64,000 bases of DNA from Candidatus Dactylopiibacterium sp. Lineage in GTDB: Bacteria; Pseudomonadota; Gammaproteobacteria; Burkholderiales; Rhodocyclaceae. A program made the position numbers and the translations under genes. Below are positions 1 through 7,421 of the stretch, piece by piece; positions within the stretch are counted from its first letter, which is position 1, and each line of letters starts with the position of its first letter. Under the pieces are notes generated by a model that did no database searches, was not told where the DNA came from, and worked only from the letters and a program-made list of their open reading frames with translations. The stretch spans positions 5,500 through 69,499 of the forward strand of contig JAVHXQ010000005.1 in the NCBI GenBank assembly GCA_031119555.1. The letters run 5' to 3'.

Positions 1-133
1 GCTGGCGCTGGCTTTGCTGGCCATGCTGACCGGGAGGATAGGGACGATCGGCGATCGTCTTGCGCGACAGACCGGGCAGATCGACGCCCAGGGCGCGCAT
101 GACTTTCAGACGAGGACCGGTATAACGGGACAT
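1..133 (-). CDS. rpsD: 30S ribosomal protein S4, N-terminal 44 codons only (gene runs off the window start)
   Basis: The reverse complement of 1..133 reads [44 protein letters not shown], which is the S4 N-terminal signature (RYTGP...RPYxPGQHG). GGAG lies 7 nt upstream of the ATG (131..133). It is absent from the ORF track because it is truncated. Confidence 0.75.
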   Translation of the reverse strand, partial: MSRYTGPRLKVMRALGVDLPGLSRKTIADRPYPPGQHGQQSQRQ

Positions 134-273
134 ACAACAACTCCTTTTTTGACAGAAATGCCTGGCCTTGTCAGGGCCGGGCGCAACCCGGATGCCACTG
201 AGGGTAAGTAAGTCCGGGAAAACGGGCATCAGACGGGGCGTGTCCGGATCGCTCCGGACGCCGTGGCGTCTGC

Positions 274-465
274 TTACTTGGTGAGGATGAGCTTGCCGTT
301 GCGCGTCGCGCGCAAGGTGTAATGCATACCCATGTGCTCAATGATAAGCGTGTTTGCCCCTCCGAGGAGACTTAAACTGCTAATTCGTGCTTCCGCAGCA
401 GGATTCTGGCCCCCCGCCGTCAGCGGGCGCGGCAGCGGCAAGGCGGGCGACATGGCGGTGCTCAT
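274..465 (-). CDS. hemP: hemin uptake protein HemP (63 aa)
   Basis: The C-terminus ...[31 protein letters not shown] matches the HemP small-protein signature (IxHxGxxYxLRxTxxGKLILTK). Confidence 0.8.
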   Translation of the reverse strand: MSTAMSPALPLPRPLTAGGQNPAAEARISSLSLLGGANTLIIEHMGMHYTLRATRNGKLILTK

Positions 466-504
466 GGGTGGCTCCTGTTCGGCGGGAGGCTGATTCCAGC
501 GGAT

Positions 505-807
505 TCAGTGGAGAACGACGCGACCGCTGTCGCGCTCGCTCTGCGCATTGCGACGGGCGGCTTCTTCGCGCTTCTGCGCATCCAGCTCATCGCCCAGACG
601 GTTCCACACGTCGGCCAGCTCGTCGCACGCGCGGGCCAGCAGCGGGTCGGTATCGGGCCGGCCCGCCAGCGTGGTGAGGTGCTGCACGAGCGCTCGCGCC
701 TTGGCACTGCTCATGCCGTGCGCGGCCGAGCAGCTCAGCAGATGCAGCGCCGCGGCCATCAGCACGGCGGGCCGCGCCTCGGCGAAATCCGGGTCAATCA
801 CGTTCAT
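505..807 (-). CDS. hypothetical protein (100 aa), co-oriented with and 39 nt upstream of hemP
   Basis: This lies in track frame 505..1092, but only the ATG at 805..807 has an SD (GAGGAG, 7-nt spacer). The product MNVIDPDFAEARPAVL... is Ala/Leu-rich and helical. I recognise no family. Confidence 0.5.
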   Translation of the reverse strand: MNVIDPDFAEARPAVLMAAALHLLSCSAAHGMSSAKARALVQHLTTLAGRPDTDPLLARACDELADVWNRLGDELDAQKREEAARRNAQSERDSGRVVLH

Positions 808-1105
808 CTGGCAGCTCCTCGAAACCGCTACATAGTCCGCCGGGCAACGCATTGCGTCACCCGGCGCCAGGACCCCGCCGGACAGCCCCCGCAGCCGGCG
901 GACATCAGGGATCGGTCGTGCACCCGCCGCCTCGCGTCGGGCAAGAAATCGCTGGCTGGCCGGTCTTCTCGACCGCTGGCTTGCGCGAAAGTATCCGGAA
1001 TGACCCGGCGAAATCGCCCCCGATTCGCCGGGTCCGTTCGAGAGAGAGAGCCCGACCGTTTCCGAATGACCGATGACCTGACAGGGCACCATCGGCTTGG
1101 AACGG

Positions 1106-1135
1106 ATTATATGTACAAATGCGAATCATTCGCAA
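1106..1135 (-). promoter_or_regulatory. sigma70-type promoter reading toward orf100-hemP
   Basis: The minus strand reads TTGCGA (1135..1130), an 18-nt spacer, then a perfect TATAAT (1111..1106). It sits in an AT-richer patch. Confidence 0.5.
1120..1134 (-). promoter_or_regulatory. Fur-family 7-1-7 palindromic operator overlapping the -35/spacer
   Basis: TGCGAAT-C-ATTCGCA is a perfect inverted repeat. It matches the 7-1-7 Fur half-site TGATAAT at 5/7 positions per arm. hemP lies downstream. Confidence 0.45.
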
Positions 1136-1336
1136 TATGTGGCCGTGAAGTTTTTGCGCGGGGCGCCGGACCCCGCCCTTCCGGACAGCGGCACGGGGAA
1201 TCCGGCATCGGTGAGCCACGGGGGACACCCGCCCGCAGACGCCGCGGCACGACGCCAGAGCGCGGGCGGGCGGCGTCGGCCCGGGCGGCCGGCCCTGGGT
1301 GGAACCGGCCCGTGCACCGGGCCGCGAACGGCGCCC

Positions 1337-2695
1337 TTACTTCTTTCTGACCGGGCGCACCCAGCCCGTCAGGCTGAGCTGGCGCGACCGCCCCAGCGTG
1401 AGGGCATCCTCAGGCGCATCCTGGGTCAGCGTGGTGCCGGCGCCCAGGGTAGCGCCGCGCCCCACCGTCACGGGCGCCACGAGCTGGCAGTCGGACCCGA
1501 TGAAAGCGTCGTCCCCGATCACGGTGCGGTGCTTGTTCACGCCGTCGTAGTTGCAGGTGATGACGCCCGCGCCGATGTTCACGCGGCTGCCGATGGTGGC
1601 ATCCCCGATGTAGGAAAGGTGGTTCGCCTTGGTGTGGGCGGCCACTTGCGCGTTCTTGATCTCGACGAAGTTGCCCACGTGCACGTCCTCGGCGAGCACG
1701 GTTCCCGGCCGCAGGCGCGCATACGGGCCCAGGACGCCGGCCGCGCCGATTTCGGCCGAATCGAAATGGCAGAACGGCGCGATGCGCGTTTCCGCGCCCA
1801 CCTTGACGTTGCGCAGCACGCTGTAGGCACCCACTTTCACGCCGTCGGCGAGTTCCACGCGCCCCTCGAAGACGCATCCCACGTCGATCTCCACGTCCTG
1901 CCCGCACACGAGCTCGCCACGGATGTCGATGCGCGCGGGGTCGATGAGGGTCACGCCGGCCTCCAGCAGATCCTGCGCGAGGTTGTGCTGGTGGATGCGT
2001 TCCAGCCCGGCGAGCTGGGCCTTGTTATTGACGCCCAGCACCTCCCATTCGTGGGCGGGCTGCTGGGTGACGACGTCCACGCCGTCGGCCACCGCCATGG
2101 CGATCACGTCGGTGAGGTAATACTCGCCCTGGGCGTTGTGATTGCCCAGGCGCGCAAGCCAGGCGCGCAGCAGGCGCGCGGGGGCGCACAGGATGCCGGT
2201 GTTGATTTCACGGATCGCGCGCTGCGCCGGGCTGGCGTCCTTCTCTTCGACGATCTCGCTGACGCGCCCTTCAGCGTCACGCACGATGCGGCCATAGCCC
2301 TTGGGGTCGGCCAGTTCCACGGTCAGCAGGGCCAGACGATTCGTGCCGGCGGCGGTGGCGAGCGCGGCGAGCGTGCCGGCGCGGATCAGCGGCACATCAC
2401 CGTAGAGCACGAGCACGCTGCCTTCGTCTTCGAGCAGCGGCATGGCCTGCTGCACCGCATGACCGGTTCCGAGCTGCTGCGCCTGCTCGGCCCAGGCGAT
2501 GTCCGGCGCGGCGAGCGCGGCGCGCACGGCGTCTCCGCCATGGCCATACACGACACACAGCCGGGCGGGCGAGAGCGCACGCGCGGTCCGCAGTACGTGC
2601 GCGAGCAGGGCCTGACCGGCAATCGGCTGCAGGACCTTGGGAAGGCGGGAGTTCATGCGCTTGCCCTGGCCGGCGGCGAGAATCGTGATCTGCAT
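1337..2695 (-). CDS. glmU: bifunctional UDP-N-acetylglucosamine diphosphorylase / glucosamine-1-phosphate N-acetyltransferase
   Basis: 452 aa. The N-terminus is [26 protein letters not shown], and the C-terminal half contains left-handed beta-helix hexapeptide repeats. Confidence 0.95.
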   Translation of the reverse strand: MQITILAAGQGKRMNSRLPKVLQPIAGQALLAHVLRTARALSPARLCVVYGHGGDAVRAALAAPDIAWAEQAQQLGTGHAVQQAMPLLEDEGSVLVLYGDVPLIRAGTLAALATAAGTNRLALLTVELADPKGYGRIVRDAEGRVSEIVEEKDASPAQRAIREINTGILCAPARLLRAWLARLGNHNAQGEYYLTDVIAMAVADGVDVVTQQPAHEWEVLGVNNKAQLAGLERIHQHNLAQDLLEAGVTLIDPARIDIRGELVCGQDVEIDVGCVFEGRVELADGVKVGAYSVLRNVKVGAETRIAPFCHFDSAEIGAAGVLGPYARLRPGTVLAEDVHVGNFVEIKNAQVAAHTKANHLSYIGDATIGSRVNIGAGVITCNYDGVNKHRTVIGDDAFIGSDCQLVAPVTVGRGATLGAGTTLTQDAPEDALTLGRSRQLSLTGWVRPVRKK

Positions 2696-2789
2696 GGCGG
2701 TCGGAACCGGAAGGATTGGGAAGGGGCGGATTGTACCGTGCGGGCAGGAAGGCCACTTTGCGGCGGCGCGTCATGAATTGTGAAGTGGT

Positions 2790-2803
2790 TTGATGAACAT
2801 CAC
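2790..2803 (+). promoter_or_regulatory. FNR/ANR-type box (TTGAT-N4-ATCAC) upstream of pta-ackA
   Basis: TTGATGAACATCAC matches TTGAT-N4-ATCAA at 9/10 positions. A TAGTAT hexamer at 2826..2831 sits 29.5 bp from the box centre, which is the class II (-41.5) geometry. Confidence 0.4.
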
Positions 2804-2852
2804 GCGCGCGCGCGCCCTCGATAGCTAGTATTCATGCAAACGGATTACGGTC

Positions 2853-4271
2853 ATGGAAATCACCAATCCCCCGCTCGAAACCCTGGAGAATCTCACCTTC
2901 GACGAGATCAAGGTGGGCGATGGCGCCACGCTGTCGCGCACGATCCGCCGCGAGGACATCCAGCTGTTTGCCGCCGTGTCGGGCGACCTGAACCCCTCCC
3001 ATCTCGACGAGCTCTATGCGCGCGACCTGCCCGGCGGCGAGATCACCGCCCACGGCATGCTGACGGGCGCGATCATCTCGGCCCTGCTCGGCAATCAGTT
3101 CCCCGGTCCGGGCACGACCTACGTCCGCCAGGATCTGCGCTTCCTGCACCCCGTGCACATGGGCGACACGCTCTGCGTGCGCCTGACCTGCACCGAACGC
3201 ATCGCCGCCACGCGGCAGCTCGTGATCGCCTGCCAGGTCAGCAACCAGGACGACGTGGCGATCGCCGAGGGCGAGGCCGTGGTGACCGCCCCCGAGGTGA
3301 AGACGCGGCGCCCGCGCAGCGCGCTGCCCGAGGTCACCCTCACCGACCGCCAGCGCCGCTACGACGCCTTGCTGGCCCGCAGCGCCGGTTCGCCCGCGAT
3401 ACGCGTGGCGGTCGCCTATCCGTGCGACGCGGAATCCCTGCGCGGCGCGCTGCAGGCGTGGCGCGAAGGTCTCATCGTGCCCGTGCTGATCGGCCCCGCC
3501 GCACGCATCCACGCGGTGGCCGACACGTTGGGTGAAAGCCTGGACGGCCTCGAGATCGTGGACGCCGGATTCAGCGCCGAGGCCGCCGAGAAAGCCGTTG
3601 CGCTGGCGCGCACGGGCAAGGTCGCCGCGCTCATGAAGGGCAGCCTGCATACCGACGAGCTGATGAGCCAGGTGGTGCACAAGGTTTCGGGAATCCGCAC
3701 CGCGCGGCGCATCAGCCATGTCTTCGTCGCCGACGTGCCGCGCTATCCGCGCCCGCTGCTGATCACCGACGCGGCGATCAACATCCAGCCCGAACTCGCG
3801 GACATGGTCGACATCGTGCAGAACGCGATCGACGTGGCGCATGCGATCGATATCCCGAATCCACGCGTGGCGCTGCTCTCGGCGGTGGAGACCGTCAACC
3901 CGCGCATCCCGTCCACGCTGACCGCCGCGGCCCTGTGCAAGATGGCCGAGCGCGGGCAGATCAAGGGCGGTATCCTTGACGGCCCGCTGGCCTTCGACAA
4001 CGCGGTGTCTCCGTTCGCGGCGCGCACGAAAGGCATCGTTTCCGATGTGGCCGGCCATGCCGACATCCTCGTGGTTCCCGATCTCGAATCGGGCAACATG
4101 CTGGCCAAGCAACTCGAATACCTCGCCGGCGGTCTCCTGACCGGTGTCGTTGTGGGCGCAGCCGTGCCCATCGTGCTGACCAGTCGCGCGGACCGGGCCG
4201 ATGCCCGCTCCGCGTCGTGTGCTGTCGTCAAGCGACTCGTAGCTCGCCGTCTCGCGGCGGCAACCCTCTAA
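2853..4271 (+). CDS. pta: bifunctional MaoC-like (R)-hydratase hot-dog domain / phosphate acetyltransferase
   Basis: 472 aa. The N-terminal ~150 aa are MaoC-dehydratase-like (VGDGATLSRTI..FAAVSGDLNPSHLD). The C-terminal ~310 aa are a PTA_PTB-type phosphotransacetylase (..SHVFV..LITDAAINI..VPDLESGNMLAK). Confidence 0.9.
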   Translation: MEITNPPLETLENLTFDEIKVGDGATLSRTIRREDIQLFAAVSGDLNPSHLDELYARDLPGGEITAHGMLTGAIISALLGNQFPGPGTTYVRQDLRFLHPVHMGDTLCVRLTCTERIAATRQLVIACQVSNQDDVAIAEGEAVVTAPEVKTRRPRSALPEVTLTDRQRRYDALLARSAGSPAIRVAVAYPCDAESLRGALQAWREGLIVPVLIGPAARIHAVADTLGESLDGLEIVDAGFSAEAAEKAVALARTGKVAALMKGSLHTDELMSQVVHKVSGIRTARRISHVFVADVPRYPRPLLITDAAINIQPELADMVDIVQNAIDVAHAIDIPNPRVALLSAVETVNPRIPSTLTAAALCKMAERGQIKGGILDGPLAFDNAVSPFAARTKGIVSDVAGHADILVVPDLESGNMLAKQLEYLAGGLLTGVVVGAAVPIVLTSRADRADARSASCAVVKRLVARRLAAATL

Positions 4272-4283
4272 GTTCTGGAGAAA

Positions 4284-5489
4284 GTGCAACCCATGAAGTC
4301 CCTCCTTATCATCAACGCAGGCTCCTCGAGCCTGAAGTTCGCCGTATTCAACCTGCCGCTCGTCAAGGACGCGCCCTCGGTCTTCCGTGGCCAGATCGAC
4401 GGCATCGGCGCCAACACCCAGTTCGTCGCCAAGGACATCGACGGCAAGACCCTGCTCGACACGATCATCAAGTCGCCCGAGGGCACGCCGCTGGAAGCCC
4501 AGCAGGAACTGGCGCTGACCTCGCTGCTGGACTGGGTCGAAGCCCAGAACGTCGAACTGGCCGCCGTGGGCCACCGCGTGCTGCAGGGCGGCGAGAAGTA
4601 CAGCGCCCCGGTGGTGGTGACGCCCGAAGTGTTCAAGGTTCTGGAAACCTTCATCCCGCTGGGCCCGCTGCACCAGCCGCACAACCTGCGCCCGATCCGC
4701 GTGCTGGCCGCCAAGTACCCGAACCTGCCGCAAGTGGCCTGTTTCGACACGGCCTTCCACCGCACCCAGCCGCTGGAAGCCCAGACCTACGCCATCCCGC
4801 GCAAGATCACCGCCGAAGGCGTGAAGCGCTATGGCTTCCACGGCTCTTCCTACGATTACATCTCGCGCCAGCTGCCCGAAGTGATCGGTGCCGAGAAGGC
4901 CAAGGGCGCCGTGATCATCGCGCACATGGGCAACGGTGCCTCGATGGCCGCGCTGCGCGACGGCAAGTGCGTGGCCACCTCGATGGGCTTCACCGCCATC
5001 GAAGGCCTGATGATGGGCACCCGTACCGGCTCCATCGACGCAGGCGTGCTGCTGTACATGATGGAAACCCATGGCTACGGCGCCAAGGAGATCTCCAACT
5101 TCCTGTACAAGGAATCGGGCCTGCTGGGCGTTTCCGGCATCAGCCAGGACATGCGCACGCTCGAAGCCTCCGACGCCCCCGAAGCCAAGGAAGCGCTGGA
5201 ACTCTTCTGCTACCGCGCGGCCCGCGAGATCGGCTCGCTCATGATGGCGGCCGGCGGTCTCGACGCCCTGGTGTTCACGGGCGGCATCGGCGAGAACTCG
5301 CAGTTCGTGCGCAACAAGGTCATCGGCTACCTGGAATGGTTCGGCGCCCGGATCGATCCGGAACTGAACAAGGTCCGCGGCAAGGCCCACACCATCCACA
5401 CCGCCGACTCCAAGCTGGCCGTGGCCGTGATCCCCACCAACGAAGAGTGGATGATCGCGCACCACACCACCTCGCTGCTGGGTCTCTGA
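4284..5489 (+). CDS. ackA: acetate kinase
   Basis: The N-terminus contains LLIINAGSSSLKFAVF, and the protein is AckA-like throughout. The start is either GTG 4284 or ATG 4293 (GGAG at 4276..4279). Confidence 0.95.
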   Translation: MQPMKSLLIINAGSSSLKFAVFNLPLVKDAPSVFRGQIDGIGANTQFVAKDIDGKTLLDTIIKSPEGTPLEAQQELALTSLLDWVEAQNVELAAVGHRVLQGGEKYSAPVVVTPEVFKVLETFIPLGPLHQPHNLRPIRVLAAKYPNLPQVACFDTAFHRTQPLEAQTYAIPRKITAEGVKRYGFHGSSYDYISRQLPEVIGAEKAKGAVIIAHMGNGASMAALRDGKCVATSMGFTAIEGLMMGTRTGSIDAGVLLYMMETHGYGAKEISNFLYKESGLLGVSGISQDMRTLEASDAPEAKEALELFCYRAAREIGSLMMAAGGLDALVFTGGIGENSQFVRNKVIGYLEWFGARIDPELNKVRGKAHTIHTADSKLAVAVIPTNEEWMIAHHTTSLLGL

Positions 5490-5504
5490 GCCCCGCGAGC
5501 ACCG

Positions 5505-5538
5505 AAAGGGCCATCCGGGTGATGGCCCTTTCTGTTTC
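5505..5538 (+). terminator. intrinsic terminator after ackA
   Basis: An 11-bp stem AAAGGGCCATC/GATGGCCCTTT with a 5-nt loop is followed by the T-rich CTGTTTCTG. Confidence 0.6.
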
Positions 5539-5642
5539 TGTCCGCGCCATGCGCCCGCGCCGTGCCGCCCCCGGCGGACCTTGCGGCGGATGCGAAGCCG
5601 GCCGCCGCGTTTCCCCCTGCTCATACCAAGAACGGAAAAGTC

Positions 5643-6686
5643 ATGGATCACAGAATCGTCACCTTCGGCGAAGTCCTCCTCCGGCTCACGCCGCCGGGAT
5701 TCCTCAAGCTTTCGCAGACGACTTCCTTCGAAGCGACCTTCGGCGGCAGCGAAACCAACTGCGCCGTCTCGCTCGCGCACTTCGGGCTGAAAAGCGAGTT
5801 CGTCACGCGCTTCCCGCGTAACGACATCGCCGAAGCCTGCCTGGCCGAGCTGCGCTCGCACGGCATCGCCACCGGCAACATCGTGTTCGGGGGCGACCGG
5901 CTGGGCCTCTATTACTACGAAAACCCCGCCGCACAGCGCGTCTCCAAGGTCGTCTACGACCGCGCGAACTCCTCCTTCGCCACCCTCGCGGGCGGCATGA
6001 TCGACTGGCAGAAGGTCTTCGCGGGCGCCACCTGGTTCCACTGGTCCGGCATCGGTCCGGGCCTGTCGCAAGGCATTGCCGACGCAACGCTGGAAGCGGT
6101 ACGGGCCGCGAAGCAGCTGGGGCTCACCGTTTCGTGTGACCTGAATTACCGCAAGAATCTCTGGCAGTACGGCAAGAGCGCGCAAGAGGTCATGGGGCCC
6201 CTGCTCGCGCACTGCGACGTGCTGTTCGGCACGCCCAGCGAATACAAGGTGGTGTATGGCGTCGAGACCGTGCCCTACAAGGTGCGCAGCGCCGACGAGG
6301 CGATCGACCTCGACCGGCACGAGGCGTTCTTCCGCCAGGTGCACGCGGCGGCGGGCGGCAACAAGAAGCACTTCGTGGCCCTGCGTAACACGCTGGACGC
6401 GAATCACCACATCCTGACCGGCCTGCTGTATGCCGATGGCAAGCTGATCCCGGGCCGCACCTACGCGATCGAACACGTGGTCGACTGCGTGGGCGTGGGC
6501 GACGCTTTTGCCGCGGGCATCATCTACGGCCTGACGCAATACCCCGACAGCGACGCCACGGCGCTGGAATTCGCGATTGCCGCCGCCACGCTGAAGAACA
6601 CCATCTACGGCGACTTCAATCTCGTCACCGCCGACGAGGTCAAGACGCTCATGAAGAGCGAAGGCGGCGAAGGCATCTCGCGCTGA
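5643..6686 (+). CDS. PfkB-family sugar kinase (2-dehydro-3-deoxygluconokinase-like)
   Basis: 347 aa from ATG 5643 (MDHRIVTFGEVLLRL..). It has the ribokinase/PfkB-like motifs GGSETN and DCVGVGDAFAAG. The track ORF starts further upstream at 5562. Confidence 0.8.
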   Translation: MDHRIVTFGEVLLRLTPPGFLKLSQTTSFEATFGGSETNCAVSLAHFGLKSEFVTRFPRNDIAEACLAELRSHGIATGNIVFGGDRLGLYYYENPAAQRVSKVVYDRANSSFATLAGGMIDWQKVFAGATWFHWSGIGPGLSQGIADATLEAVRAAKQLGLTVSCDLNYRKNLWQYGKSAQEVMGPLLAHCDVLFGTPSEYKVVYGVETVPYKVRSADEAIDLDRHEAFFRQVHAAAGGNKKHFVALRNTLDANHHILTGLLYADGKLIPGRTYAIEHVVDCVGVGDAFAAGIIYGLTQYPDSDATALEFAIAAATLKNTIYGDFNLVTADEVKTLMKSEGGEGISR

Positions 6687-6707
6687 ACGCCGCGCGGACG
6701 CCCCGGA

Positions 6708-6730
6708 ACGGCCCTGCGGGGCCGTTTTTT
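6708..6730 (+). terminator. intrinsic terminator after the sugar kinase
   Basis: Stem CGGCCC/GGGCCG with loop TGCG is followed by TTTTTT (6725..6730). Confidence 0.65.
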
Positions 6731-6826
6731 CTGGCGGCTCCGCCGGCGCAGCGCCACCCCGCCCGGCACGCATCGGCGCCCTTCACGCCGGAACCCCGCG
6801 CGCAACGCCGCCCGGGGCGGGGCGAC

Positions 6827-7240
6827 TCAGGCCAGCGTCAGATGGGCCCGCTCCTGCGCTTCGAGCGCCGTTTCGAGCACGTCCCAGACTTCACCGTCCT
6901 CGAATTCGACGTGGCGTTCGAGCATCTGCACGATGGCCACGAGCGTTTCGGTACTGGGCGTGTCGAGCGAGCGCTCCAGGGCGCGCATCGCCTCATGCTG
7001 GGCGAGCACCTCGTCGGCGAGGTCATCGCGCCCCGCCTCGCGCAGCATGGGCAGCGCGTAGCGTTCTTCCTCGGCGAAATGGGGCTCCAGGTCGGTCTGG
7101 AAAACCTTGCGCACGCGCTCCACGACTTCGGGCAGATCCCGGTCGTCCTCGGCATGGGCGCTACGCACGGCGGTGGCGAAATGCATCACGGCCTGGTGCT
7201 CCTGGGCGAGATGCTTGAGGCGCAAGCTCAGTTTTCTCAT
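6827..7240 (-). CDS. hemerythrin domain-containing protein
   Basis: 137 aa from ATG 7238..7240 (MRKLSLRLKHLAQEH..). It contains repeated H/E metal-ligand helices (EHQAVMH, PHFAEEE, QHEAM, ERHVEFED). Confidence 0.75.
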   Translation of the reverse strand: MRKLSLRLKHLAQEHQAVMHFATAVRSAHAEDDRDLPEVVERVRKVFQTDLEPHFAEEERYALPMLREAGRDDLADEVLAQHEAMRALERSLDTPSTETLVAIVQMLERHVEFEDGEVWDVLETALEAQERAHLTLA

Positions 7241-7336
7241 GATTCTCTCTCGGGTTCGTCTATCAGGCGGAAGGCCGGCACGCAGCGCGGCACGCAATGC
7301 AGACGGCAAGCAGACCACGCACGGCGGGGCGCTTCG

Positions 7337-7350
7337 TTGATGCCGGTCAA
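7337..7350. promoter_or_regulatory. FNR/Dnr-type box TTGAT-N4-GTCAA in the divergent hemerythrin/pepN spacer
   Basis: TTGATGCCGGTCAA is read directly from the sequence. I could not find a convincing -10 at class II spacing on either side. Confidence 0.3.
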
Positions 7351-7421
7351 GCCCTCAGGCCAGCCGCGCCCTACCTGCCCGTCGGTTACACTCGGGCAAT
7401 CCCCTAGCGTCCGGAGTCCTC

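Noticed and set aside
14-211. A 65-aa plus-strand ORF at the window start.
   Set aside because: It is antisense to a clear S4 N-terminus with a good SD, and has no recognisable protein features.
1097-2776. A 559-aa plus-strand ORF and other overlapping frames across glmU.
   Set aside because: They are antisense or alternative frames of a clearly conserved gene, and their composition is typical of GC-rich shadow ORFs.
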